Shown: in pieces, positions 25,301-33,260 of the stretch
Layout of the letters: the number at the start of each line of letters is the position of its first letter
How positions within the stretch are numbered: position 1 is the stretch's first letter
DNA from: an uncultured bacterium
Lineage (GTDB): Bacteria > Patescibacteriota > Minisyncoccia > Phycocordibacterales > Phycocordibacteraceae
NCBI GenBank assembly: GCA_947085505.1
Contig: CAMTWI010000002.1
Location: forward strand, 8,681-72,680
Reading direction: 5' to 3'
Length of the DNA stretch: 64,000 bases
Program-made: the position numbers and the translations under genes
The notes under the pieces: generated by a model
What the model was told of the DNA's origin: nothing
Seen by the model: the letters and a program-made list of their open reading frames with translations, nothing else
Database searches by the model: none

Positions 25301-28300
25301 CAAAGGAAAATCGGTTGAGGCGACTCCCTCACTATGTAGGCGCAATCCATATGCGCCACCTGCTGCTGCGCGGTTGCTAATAACTGCTGCCCAGTCATTT
25401 TGGGTGGTGCTCCAATAAAATGCGTCTGTCGCGGCACCCGAGGGTGCAGTACCGGAAACGTTTGTGAGGAGATAGCTTGGACTAGTGGTGCCAATACCAA
25501 CGTTCCCTCCCATGAACGTGAACGCTCCACCTGTGTTGAGACTGAGATTGCTCCCAACTTTTGCAACGTAATACGCATTATCAACTCCATAGTTAAAGCT
25601 CATCAAATTGCCCGAGGCGACATACACACCCCCACTTTCGACCGCCAAGTGGCCACCGGTAACGGTAAGCTTGTGCGCTGGTGTGGCAGTTCCAATACCA
25701 ACATTACCAGTTTGGGTAATGCGCATCTTTTCCGTTAGGCCTCCACCATAGGTATAGAACGCCAAGTGATAGTTATCCGGACCTACGATTAGATTACTAA
25801 TCTTTCCCGTAAGGAGACTGTTTGTGCTGTGGGCATTAAATCCAAGACTTACTGAGGTACCTGTTGTGTTAGCTGAGTTACTTAGATAGAGAGGTATGGA
25901 TTCTGCACCATCATTGAGCGTGGAAGCATGGAGTCTTCCTGCTGGATTTGTCGTGCCAACACCGACATTGCCAGCAAAATACGCACTACCATCTCTACCG
26001 ATGGCAGCAACGTCCCCGGCGAATGCGGTATTGAATATGAGTGGATCGCTCAACGAACCGAGACCTGCAGCCATATAAAGTCGCGTGTAGTCTGTATCGT
26101 TTGAACGAGTGATTTGCAGACCTTGTGCTGAAGTGTCGCTACCCTGAAGGATTTCTAGTTTTGCATCGGGAGTAGTGTCACCAAGACCGACGTTTCCTGC
26201 AGCATTTACGAATATTCCCTCGCTACCTCCATCTCCAGAGAGCCAGTTTCCATTCAACTGAATGTTCTGTGTAGCGATGTGGTTTCCGAGGTTATCACCT
26301 GTTGCAGATGCAAGACCACAATCTCCTGAAGATACACGAAGTACACCATTTAGATCTGCGTACACGCAGCGATTACCTGAACCAGCAAGATTTGAGGAAA
26401 GAATATTTCCGGTTACGGAGAGCTTCTCTGCAGCCGATGTGCCACCGATACTGACGTTACCTGCAGGTGTGATTACCAGACGCTGTGTCCCAGCAAGCGT
26501 GATTTCAAAACCGCCATTGTCTGCACCCGTGATGAAGGGGTTCAGGGCGACAGCATTCCCTCCAGAGAAGGTCGTCGTGAGTCGGAGGGCGTCTGCACCA
26601 CCGATCGTTCTCTCGATAATAAGATTAGGCGTAACACTACCAGCATCAGCGACGGTTAATTTTCCGGTTGGTGCGCTGTTCCCAATACCGACGTTACCCG
26701 AAGACAATATGTGGATTGCGCTAGTTCCAGCCCCGCCGCCAATAGTTGCTCCGACATTAATCTCAAATCCCCCCGTAGTAATGAACTGAGTTCTTGGCAC
26801 TGCCGCTCCCTGCGTTGCGACAAGAAGAAATCCTTCTGTTGCACTATTTTCCATCTGAATTGCTCCTGTTGTAGAGCCAGAATATGGCCTCCAGTCTGTT
26901 GGGCTGGCAACAGAGCCGAGATTAATGTGTCTACCAATAGACGTTCCAACGCCACCAACAGTATTGACGATCATTCCACCACCGCTCACGTGAAGCCTGG
27001 ACCCAGGAGCGGTAGTACCAATACCCACGTTACCGTTCGGATAACTGATATGAAAACGTACCTTTGCAGCGTCCCCAGCCTCAAGAATCTGGAAATGATC
27101 TCCTGCGGCTCGAAGTTCGTAGTTATAGTTTGTTGAAGAACGTAGTATTAAACTTCGATCGGCACCATTCGTAGTTTCTATATTCCCAGCAACAGTAAGT
27201 CTTGAAGGTGCGTTTGCAGTACCAATACCCACGTTACCGTCTTGGAGCACCGTTAGTGCAGCAATCGGATTGGCTGCGTTGTAAACATCGATGTTAAAGG
27301 AGTTGTCGGTACCGGCACGCATTCCCCACCACCCGTTCACATCAAAGAACGCAGTTGTGGCTCCCAGTGCGGCTGCAGAGCGAGTCGCCGAACCACCTTG
27401 AATAGGTCCAAGGACCGAGAGCACTGGATTGGTATTAACTCCGAGACCCACATAGATTGGATTCGTGTTACCAATACCGACGTTGCCGTTATCACGGAAT
27501 GTCACGTACTCCGTTGTTCCAGAGCCCCCACCCCAGAAATGAAGTCCGGTATTAGCAGATACGATGTAATTCTCATCTGCTATTGTCCCGCCCGTACCAT
27601 CTCCCACGAACATACGGAACCGCTGTGCCGCAGGGCTCGCTGTCCTATCGAGCGTAAGGCTAGTATTGTTTCCGCCTATAATATGCATCCTTGCTAATGG
27701 GCTTGTGGTATTTATACCGACATAACCAGTTGTATCGATTGTGAAAGGATACGTATCACCCGTGTCATTTAAAGCGATGCTTCGTACGCGAAATTGATTA
27801 CTACTGTTGAAGTCAACATAGTTTGGACCTGTCGTTCTCTGGAGGCGAAGGCGCGCATCGTTTCCAGTAATCAATACGCCACCAAATACATCTAATTTAT
27901 CGGCTGGCGTTGTTGTACCAATACCGACGTTGCCTGAAGAATTTATCGTAAGTACCGCTGCTGCAAGTGAGTCCTTATAGATTTGGAAATTGTCCGTATT
28001 GTTGTTTGTACTTACATCACTACCGATACGCCAGCCAGTACCTCCGTTATCTGTAAAGAGGAGTTGGGCATTCTTCGTTGTCCCTGATGTGTTCTGTATC
28101 TGGGCTTGTGCTACGCCGTTTGTTGCAACATGCAGTTTCGTGGTTGGTCCTGTTGTACCAATACCGACGTTGCCTGTAGCACGCTGGAAGTACATCACAT
28201 CGCTGTCGACACTCGACAATCGCCGTTTCAAAAACAGGTCGCCTGTGGTCAACTCGTCCTGCATGAGTTTCCAACCGAAGGTGCCATTGCCACCCGTTAC

Positions 28301-31300
28301 CCCTGTTTGCAGAATTATATTGTTAGCTACGCCTGCAAGCTCCGCATATATCGCTGGAGTGGACGCGCTTCCAACAACCTGTAACTTTCCAAGAGAAGGT
28401 GTTGCTGTACCAATACCAACGTTGCCCGCAGAGGTGATGGTGAGAGAGGTAGCAGCGTTACCAAGACCAGCAGCTCCGTAATCGTTGGTGAGGTATAGGT
28501 TTGAATCATTTGGCTTGCTTCCAAGTATCACTGACGCGACACCGGCTTGATGTAACAGGAGTGAAGCCGTGGTACCTGTTGGTTCTGCACCATAGAACGT
28601 CGCCCCACCTACGTTGAAGCCCTGGAAGGTGCCCGCACGGATACGGCCATTTACATTGAGTCTTTCGTCGCCCACAAAGACCGTGGTGCCAATGCCGATA
28701 TTGCCTGCGCTGTTTATATACAATGCGGACGTAAAGGTGCGAGAACCTGAACCAGCAGATGCCTGCACATAGTTCAGGGAACCGCTTGCTCCAAGAATAA
28801 GCGCGGAACCTGTTTGTGCTGTGTTATCAAGTGTTCCCGCTGTAGCTGAGGTAAGAAGTGCGTTATTGGAAAGCACTGGGGTGTCACCTGAATACTGAAC
28901 GCCAAACCGGTGCTTCATTCCTGACCAACCGGACGGCTCAAGAATGTAATTAAGTGTTGAGCCTGTTGCTCCTGCAACATGCAGCAAACTTGAAGGAGAG
29001 GTGGTGCCAATACCGACGTTTCCTGAACCAAGAATCGTCACTTGAGCAACGTTGTTTGTGCCAAACGTTAAGGGGCCATTCTGAACGTTAACAATATGGG
29101 CACCATTCACCGCATGGTATCCACTAGGGGTTATTCCAGAACCGTTGAAGCCGACAACAAGACCGTATCCTGTAGTATTCGTTATGTTGAGCTGGTTCAT
29201 AACGGTGCTTCCTGAACCTATATTTGAATTGAACTCCGCGGTGTTCCCACGAATTCCGCCGTTACCTACAATATTCAAAGGAGATGAGGGGGATGTTGTA
29301 CCAATACCGACATTACCTAATGAATTTATAATCATCCGATCTCCACCGCTTGTAGAGAACAAGTACTCGCCACCGGCCGAACCTATGGCGAACTTAAATC
29401 TGTTACCGTTTACGGCATCGGAATTCGTTTCAGACGTGATATCAAGGTTGTAGTTATTATTGCCAACGAGCCTCTGAATCACACTTGATAGAGTGCTGTT
29501 AACCACTTCTAACTTCGCTCCTGGATTCGTAGTACCAATACCGATATTTCCTGATGTATCGATGGTCATGCGCGTAGCATTGTTGGTCTCAAACGCGAGG
29601 TTGTTACTGTCGTTAGTACCAAGCACCGCAGTTGCACCAAACGAGTTCCCTCCTTGGCGGAAGAAGTCAGTAGCGAGATCGCTGTAGTTAACTGTGAGGG
29701 CGCCACCAATATTTGAGAGGCCGGTACCAAGAAGACTTGTGAAGAGGTTGCTGTTGAGGGTGAAGTTCGTGGTTGTGAAATTTGTTGTTGTCGCGCTCGT
29801 GAAGACACTATTCGCAGAGAAGACCGGCATATTGAACTCGAAGCGGTCCAGGGTGCTGTTCCAGGTCAAGAGCGCGTGTGGCGAAGCACTTCCACGATTG
29901 AAGATAAGGGTACTGTCTTCAGTGTCTGCGGTTGCGTTGTCTGCGTTTAGCGTGAACGAGCTTGAGACTGTGCCTGCAATTGAGGTTGAAGCAGCTGAGA
30001 GATTGTTAACCGTGAGCTCGTCTATATACCCGCGGCGCCAATAGCTTCCTGTTGATCCAAAGTCGTAGGTGTTGTTCGTGGTTGGAATCAGGCTTGAGCT
30101 AATCGTGCTGTTAACCGTAAGGAGATCAGCGGCACTGGTTCCCAACGTTGTGTTTCTGCCAACCGCGATGTTCCCTGAGAACGCAGAGGTAGCGGTTGTT
30201 GAAGTGGCGAGAATGTACGGGCCTGCGACGTACTGACCGCCCTCGATAAAGGTTGCTTGAATACCACCTCCAAACGTGGACGTAGCGCCGTTACTTGCGA
30301 TGGTGGTTGGCTGCGAGCTTCCAATCACGATTGTTGAAGGGAGCGACAGCGTTACACCCCCTATGCCGTTATCCGTTACCGTGAGCTGATTCAACGTTCC
30401 GGTAACCCATGAGGAGAGACTAGTTGAGGTTGCAACCCCATTTGCACCTACTGACAGGAGTCGGGACGGGGTGACATAGGTGAGAGCGAATGCGTTCGTT
30501 GAGGTTGCGTTGGTAAGCGTTGAGTTCGTTGCCGTGAGGTTTGTGATAATTGCGGTCGTTATGTTCGCAAGCGGTGAGGTAAGCGCATCAATGACGGCGG
30601 TCGTGAACCGTGCACCCGTGGCAAAGAGATTTGTTGATGTTGCGTTTGTAGCTGTAAGGTTGGTTGCAAAGAGATTCGTTGATGTAGCATTTGTCGATGT
30701 CGCGTTCGTAAATACCGCGTCAGTAGCCGTAAGGTTCGCAATCACTGCCGTTGTGATGTTCGCAAGTGTCGCCGTGAGGTTTGTGAAGAATCCGTCAAAG
30801 ATGGTGGCTAGTGTTGCGTAGAACGTTGTTGACGTTGCGTTCGTAATTGTCGCGTTCGTCCCAAGAAGATTCTCAACAGTGCCGTTCGTCGTGAACAGGT
30901 TAGTCGAAGTTGCATTCGTACTGGTTGCGTTTGTGAACACCGCGTCAGTTGCCGTGAGGTTTGTGATAACCGCATTCGTAATGGTTGCAAGTGTCGCCGT
31001 GAGGTTTGTGAAGAATCCGTCGACAACACTCGCAACTGCCGCATAGAAGTTTGTCGTGGTTGCGTTTGTAATTGTCGCGTTCTCGCCGAGAAGGTTGGTG
31101 AAGGATGCGTTCGTAGCAAAAAGATTTGTTGACGTTGCGTTCGTGCTCGTTGAGCTTGTTGAGACAATGCCATTCGCTACGATATCTCCGTTAACAGTTA
31201 GCGAACCTGTGATAGTCGTAGATGCGACATTGAGAGAAGAGCCGGTAATCGATCCCCCAGTGAAAGTTGAGTTGGTAATCGCACCGTCCTCAAATGTTGA

Positions 31301-33181
31301 ATCACTAATTCTGGTGTCGACGATACTACTGTTCATTATCTCGCCAGAGAACGTGTAGTTATTTGAAACATCTTCAATTCGGTTATAAAGCGTGCGACGA
31401 AGGAAATCGAAGCGCTCGTCGACATAGGACTGTGGTACCCCACCGTATGTCACCGTTGGGTATTCGTTACGCACGATGGTCACCGGTCCGGTATAGACTG
31501 TCGTGTTTCCTTTCACTGCCTCTTCCGTACCAGTAGTGCCACTCGGTACAGGGAATGAACTTGGATCGTTTGGAATAACGGCAAGTCCAACTTCTTCTGA
31601 TGCACCGAAGAAGCCAGCGAGCGGACCGAAGATTCCATGGAAGGCGCTTCCCACTGCGTGCGCAAAAACCGCTGTTACGTTTCGTAGGAACTCGGGAACG
31701 AATCGATCAATATCAAAAGAAGCCAGTGGCGACGCTGAGAGCATGCTGGTATCAACCGACTCGATACGAAGTGCAATACCTCCTACAACCCCGAGAGTCT
31801 TGTCAGTAGCGACTAAAGGCACTGATTCGATAGCAAGCACTGCATGTGCTACCCCGTTCTCAATACTTCTAACAGCCAACCTTGCTCGCTCTACTGACTG
31901 GACTACGGCTCGGTCTTGGGCTTCTAGAAGACCCCAAACAGTTCTGTCAGCTTCTTTTCCAAAGGCAAATGAGCCCTCAGAGATCATCAATCCTGCAGAT
32001 ACTGACTCTTCTACGAAGGCTAGTACGCTCTCTTCATAGACAACCGGTGCAGACTGTACGCCCATAGCCACCGTGCCGCCAATATAGTTCCCAATCCCAT
32101 ATACCGTACCGGTAATGGCACCCGGTATCACATCAATATTCTCGACATATGCATAGACCGCACGCTCATACGAAGACAGTACTGCAGAAGACGCTGTCAC
32201 AAATACGTTTCCAATAGCCAATGGTGTCCGTACTGCGATATCTCTCGTATTCAAGCTAACTGACACCAAGCCGTTCGCTGCCGCTTCAACTCCACGCAGG
32301 TGAAGAGCAAGGACTGTTTGAATATCGTTGAGTGCGTTCACACCAAGTCGGTTGTATGCGAGCATCGCCTCACGTGCAGTTGTTGCAAGTATTTCTTCGG
32401 GGTGAGTTGCAGCATGAGTGATTCCTGCAACGATTTGTGTAAACGTGAGAGGCTCAGGATACGTTTCAAAAATTTCTCTTGCGTGTACGTTCGCGAGCTT
32501 AGTCATCTCTACTGGCTCATGCGAATTCTTCATAGCTTCACCCAAGGTCAGGGGTAGCGTTGCCACTCGTGTGTCTGTCGCACGAACAAGTGCTATCTCT
32601 ATCTTTTTTATTTCATCTTCAGCAATTCTAGAAAATTCCGCAGTCTTCTCTACTGCGAGTGAATTCGAGGTATAGACAGCAGCAATAGCGAGTGCACGAA
32701 CTTCAAATGCTGAAGCGAGGATCATCTCACCTGCGCGTGCCACAACTCCACTGCCTGCGAGTGTTACACTCGCGCCAAGTACGAATGCAGTAAGTCCTGC
32801 GGCAAATGCGCGACCACTCATAACCGGCATAGAACGTGGTATGCGTACGGAAGAAAATGCTCCGAGCATCGACTGTGTTGCTACACGCATCCTATTTTCA
32901 AGATCATTCGCTACTCCAGAAACCTGGGTAACAGGACTATTTGCTTTACGATACTCAAGCTCTCTCTCGCGAGCAAGATTCTCAGCAAGTTCAATTTTTC
33001 TATCTAATTGAGTCTCCATGAAAACCTCAAGTGAGGCTCTCTCAATCAGCCACGTGCGGCCAACTTGTGAGCTTGCAATTTTCTTCTCACGACAAAGTCG
33101 CGACAAGTAGTCAGCGTTGTATCCGGAAAGTGCAGAGGCCTCTTTCGTTGAGATTAAATTTTTCTGGAGGAGAGAGTTCAA
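19394..33181 (-). CDS. giant membrane-anchored fibre protein (4,595 aa): HTH, TM, helical region, pentapeptide-like N/T array, about 33 GNVGIG modules, S74 chaperone domain, Ig-like domain
   Basis: One uninterrupted ORF of 13,788 nt. The only start-like codon after the upstream in-frame TAA that keeps the HTH domain is TTG at 33179-33181. The next Met is residue 55. Confidence 0.85.
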   Translation of the reverse strand: MNSLLQKNLISTKEASALSGYNADYLSRLCREKKIASSQVGRTWLIERASLEVFMETQLDRKIELAENLARERELEYRKANSPVTQVSGVANDLENRMRVATQSMLGAFSSVRIPRSMPVMSGRAFAAGLTAFVLGASVTLAGSGVVARAGEMILASAFEVRALAIAAVYTSNSLAVEKTAEFSRIAEDEIKKIEIALVRATDTRVATLPLTLGEAMKNSHEPVEMTKLANVHAREIFETYPEPLTFTQIVAGITHAATHPEEILATTAREAMLAYNRLGVNALNDIQTVLALHLRGVEAAANGLVSVSLNTRDIAVRTPLAIGNVFVTASSAVLSSYERAVYAYVENIDVIPGAITGTVYGIGNYIGGTVAMGVQSAPVVYEESVLAFVEESVSAGLMISEGSFAFGKEADRTVWGLLEAQDRAVVQSVERARLAVRSIENGVAHAVLAIESVPLVATDKTLGVVGGIALRIESVDTSMLSASPLASFDIDRFVPEFLRNVTAVFAHAVGSAFHGIFGPLAGFFGASEEVGLAVIPNDPSSFPVPSGTTGTEEAVKGNTTVYTGPVTIVRNEYPTVTYGGVPQSYVDERFDFLRRTLYNRIEDVSNNYTFSGEIMNSSIVDTRISDSTFEDGAITNSTFTGGSITGSSLNVASTTITGSLTVNGDIVANGIVSTSSTSTNATSTNLFATNASFTNLLGENATITNATTTNFYAAVASVVDGFFTNLTATLATITNAVITNLTATDAVFTNATSTNATSTNLFTTNGTVENLLGTNATITNATSTTFYATLATIFDGFFTNLTATLANITTAVIANLTATDAVFTNATSTNATSTNLFATNLTATNATSTNLFATGARFTTAVIDALTSPLANITTAIITNLTATNSTLTNATSTNAFALTYVTPSRLLSVGANGVATSTSLSSWVTGTLNQLTVTDNGIGGVTLSLPSTIVIGSSQPTTIASNGATSTFGGGIQATFIEGGQYVAGPYILATSTTATSAFSGNIAVGRNTTLGTSAADLLTVNSTISSSLIPTTNNTYDFGSTGSYWRRGYIDELTVNNLSAASTSIAGTVSSSFTLNADNATADTEDSTLIFNRGSASPHALLTWNSTLDRFEFNMPVFSANSVFTSATTTNFTTTNFTLNSNLFTSLLGTGLSNIGGALTVNYSDLATDFFRQGGNSFGATAVLGTNDSNNLAFETNNATRMTIDTSGNIGIGTTNPGAKLEVVNSTLSSVIQRLVGNNNYNLDITSETNSDAVNGNRFKFAIGSAGGEYLFSTSGGDRMIINSLGNVGIGTTSPSSPLNIVGNGGIRGNTAEFNSNIGSGSTVMNQLNITNTTGYGLVVGFNGSGITPSGYHAVNGAHIVNVQNGPLTFGTNNVAQVTILGSGNVGIGTTSPSSLLHVAGATGSTLNYILEPSGWSGMKHRFGVQYSGDTPVLSNNALLTSATAGTLDNTAQTGSALILGASGSLNYVQASAGSGSRTFTSALYINSAGNIGIGTTVFVGDERLNVNGRIRAGTFQGFNVGGATFYGAEPTGTTASLLLHQAGVASVILGSKPNDSNLYLTNDYGAAGLGNAATSLTITSAGNVGIGTATPSLGKLQVVGSASTPAIYAELAGVANNIILQTGVTGGNGTFGWKLMQDELTTGDLFLKRRLSSVDSDVMYFQRATGNVGIGTTGPTTKLHVATNGVAQAQIQNTSGTTKNAQLLFTDNGGTGWRIGSDVSTNNNTDNFQIYKDSLAAAVLTINSSGNVGIGTTTPADKLDVFGGVLITGNDARLRLQRTTGPNYVDFNSSNQFRVRSIALNDTGDTYPFTIDTTGYVGINTTSPLARMHIIGGNNTSLTLDRTASPAAQRFRMFVGDGTGGTIADENYIVSANTGLHFWGGGSGTTEYVTFRDNGNVGIGNTNPIYVGLGVNTNPVLSVLGPIQGGSATRSAAALGATTAFFDVNGWWGMRAGTDNSFNIDVYNAANPIAALTVLQDGNVGIGTANAPSRLTVAGNIETTNGADRSLILRSSTNYNYELRAAGDHFQILEAGDAAKVRFHISYPNGNVGIGTTAPGSRLHVSGGGMIVNTVGGVGTSIGRHINLGSVASPTDWRPYSGSTTGAIQMENSATEGFLLVATQGAAVPRTQFITTGGFEINVGATIGGGAGTSAIHILSSGNVGIGNSAPTGKLTVADAGSVTPNLIIERTIGGADALRLTTTFSGGNAVALNPFITGADNGGFEITLAGTQRLVITPAGNVSIGGTSAAEKLSVTGNILSSNLAGSGNRCVYADLNGVLRVSSGDCGLASATGDNLGNHIATQNIQLNGNWLSGDGGSEGIFVNAAGNVGLGDTTPDAKLEILQGSDTSAQGLQITRSNDTDYTRLYMAAGLGSLSDPLIFNTAFAGDVAAIGRDGSAYFAGNVGVGTTNPAGRLHASTLNDGAESIPLYLSNSANTTGTSVSLGFNAHSTNSLLTGKISNLIVGPDNYHLAFYTYGGGLTEKMRITQTGNVGIGTATPAHKLTVTGGHLAVESGGVYVASGNLMSFNYGVDNAYYVAKVGSNLSLNTGGAFTFMGGNVGIGTTSPSYLLTNVSGTAPSGAATDAFYWSTTQNDWAAVISNRAAAGGAYGLRLHSEGVASTDFPLMISSGTSPGTVRVAVTGEGNVGIGTTSPGALLQVGSAAARGFRVYGNNSPYGVALAGDTGGWAYGYNFEGNAGAALGGFQAFGDNNTLSSYYVGTYANQRITILSGGNVGIGTTDPGSALEVKRTASNAGIYANYNDTNKIRFEAASNGNSYFGITTGSGSLSIGNTNNADAIFLTSSGRVGIGTTGPDELLHVGKTGSDAVIKVSASVAGAYFVADSATTGFYGLQLRAASTPKWMIGDYSGGSNLQFIQGTITNTPKMTLDTNGNLGIGSLSPGLKLEVVSGVVPAYDAYTRAGAAVFVSPTVNATNSGTAPNAAENVLTLVRPGVTGDVYPSVAELRIAKTTTGIQASTRLDFRLLDTGASTFGTPLSLLSNGNVGIGTTEPEGKFHVLGGTAGTVTAHGNANLGVFEGNGSNGISILVPNGSLSKIQFGSPADNIGGLIQYQQSTKTMRIGAGSDTAGGITQLIYDQGQVGFTLSAAGNVGIGTTTPVGKLSVTGGGTGTGINFQTANSSNSPLFTIQDNGNVTVGAGSAISTVIKFGVKLATNQHVAMYNNGGQTTLAGLNDAGSLAGLRIEGSNLALGGAGGTTHLTISSTGNVGIGTSDTGFGKLTILQNTNGPLRLWMRNEDAGSSATAGIVFNASGNSWQVGMGSAANNSNALAFIVDVSGTPTERMRITTGGFVGIGTVNPGAKLEVANGNIRLSGTGDAYIDSVDMSATKRRGLSFSDNAATTFNLYAGGNSTYNSNTEGTTKFFFRTSGGGSIEKWIFNSAGAGDLMEIAAGGFTNGYARVFGRLYVDGNVGIGSTAPLGKLHVLTTAETAPNSISAFDARHTVFGPTTSDGLAFSKGTAGSAYISSIRPGVAWDPLAIQASTFAFNPGGGSSAFFITNSSNVGIGTVSPTAPLHVVYPFAKTDTTERAGLEISSNDGSGWFGLKIRGIGAASQANRTFTLQTHESGSSNSGNITLQPYGGRVGIGETNPGSKLTVVVNTGDGDGINVTNASNSSYVSLFVMGSTGHSISNWANSTVLEAVPASTGGLVLSSYTGKITFQTSNRSNRMTILENGNVGIGTTNPLAQLAVGGTQAGNAGFEIVPGSGIVAQAYNRTGGAYASLNFDGSTIGFRPGGSTAMFIAGTGNVGIGMTDPAYQLEVGKTTGGVIAISTAGNAGSNASPLPATLNFLGYGDVVKGAISVQDRTGNFLGGWMKLQTADSSDVLQDRIFIDRDGNVGIGTTNPTHRLEVVNVTGAVGTNTIVGSFTKATTNGGGSASIRLTSDGYSTDIQTNSGGTGPFTYGTFVDTNIVNNFTDASGPYGNINFVTNGAVKMTITGGNASGNVGIGTASPGARLHVLGSDTLPVYVATSDANASYVRFFTGSTVSRGGFGYNTAGAVFLNAALSTANMVILNGGNVGIGTADASRRLTVVNDGSTNLVSSFQFGASGAITTVGADATQGRIQAYTNAYGSSATLLLNPDGGSVALPGTVSCTGLQTNGSGVISCASDENLKDIQGVFTTGLSGLRGINPQTYTWKEGTDYFDGGIQYSGFIAQNVGANIPEAMNEGVNGIKQISTTAILAASVNAIKELDIRTLALAPAAQNQAAHSLAVSTDASIAGKLTVTGIGTFSNSLTAASVFTQGSVTAVAFLTNSAVTLPSEVLTNGSADLFKMASYAITSMQALSERTDLLAVRIDEVETRLALLEASSATEQVSGAVGLTLATLKSMLQTLGIYLENGIAQFETLVFRQLAVAKDTNGDSSAGSQTILAGNTVVEVQNPYVLPTSKIFVTFTGPIQGAWYLSNKEAGKFRVTLAQGQSADVSFDYFILQTEGQLASPGAAGKTQTQSEPTPSPSTEPLPPVFPGEGTSTTTPVVSSGDTTPPSITLNGPAAREIDQGATWIDLGATASDETDGDLTASIQVQGTVDTSTPGTYTVTYSVSDAAGNQAHVSRIVSVKAVAAPAPEPTSTPEPAPAP
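19454..19687 (-). other. DUF5011-type bacterial Ig-like domain near the C-terminus of giant protein 2 (aa 4499-4576)
   Basis: DTTPPSITLNGPAAREIDQGATWIDLGATASDETDGDLTASIQVQGTVDTSTPGTYTVTYSVSDAAGNQAHVSRIVSV matches the D.t.P.i.l.G...G..y.d.G..A.D..DGdlt...v.g.vd...pGtYtvtY.v.D.aGN pattern. Confidence 0.7.
20534..20806 (-). other. peptidase S74-like intramolecular chaperone domain of giant protein 2 (aa 4126-4216)
   Basis: C-A-SDENLKDIQG...GLRGINPQTYTWKE...YSGFIAQNVGANIPEAMNEG...ISTTAILAASVNAIKELD. The Ser4127 codon is at 20801-20803. Confidence 0.75.
20852..29668 (-). repeat. array of about 33 degenerate GNVGIGTTxP-initiated modules (giant protein 2, aa 1172-4110)
   Basis: The 20-mer gtaccaataccgacgttgcc recurs exactly at 21279-21298 and 23490-23509, and on the 27911-27940 and 28151-28180 lines. 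Many one- or two-mismatch copies also occur. Confidence 0.85.
30482..31156 (-). repeat. Asn/Thr-rich 5-residue-periodic array (pentapeptide-repeat-like) with two copies of a roughly 75-aa unit (giant protein 2, aa 676-900)
   Basis: STNAT STNLF ATNAS FTNLL GENAT ITNAT TTNFY... has Asn every fifth residue over long stretches. About 22 N-x-S/T sequons by hand count. Confidence 0.7.
32738..32812 (-). other. predicted TM anchor of giant protein 2 (aa 124-148)
   Basis: AFAAGLTAFVLGASVTLAGSGVVA is preceded by RIPRSMPVMSGR. Confidence 0.6.
33008..33181 (-). other. N-terminal excisionase/MerR-type HTH domain of giant protein 2 (aa 1-58)
   Basis: LISTKEASALSGYNADYLSRLCREKKIASSQVGRTWLIERASLEVFM aligns with the N-termini of the proteins starting at 18861 and 34703. 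Confidence 0.65.
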
Positions 33182-33260
33182 GGTGCAGTAGGTCGGATAT
33201 CCGAATTAACTACATTTTAGCTTGTTATTTAGCATTTACTGCATACTCATTTGTGGATAG

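Noticed and set aside
10652-29453. Many plus-strand ORFs of 60-175 aa lie antisense to the giant genes. Several contain the recurring peptide VVPIPTLP, or AVFHSVVEAVNGMVYP...
   Set aside because: These are shadow ORFs. VPIPTLP is simply the reverse-complement reading of the GNVGIGT codons. The ORFs are nested entirely within the 11-kb and 13.8-kb minus-strand ORFs, and the sequences are low in complexity.
9142-29668. A conserved roughly 20-nt repeat (accaataccgacgttgcc) recurs dozens of times with variable spacers, which superficially resembles a CRISPR array.
   Set aside because: Spacing is 180-330 nt and irregular. Every copy lies in frame inside two long ORFs and encodes GNVGIGT. No cas genes or leader are present. 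These are protein-coding module boundaries.
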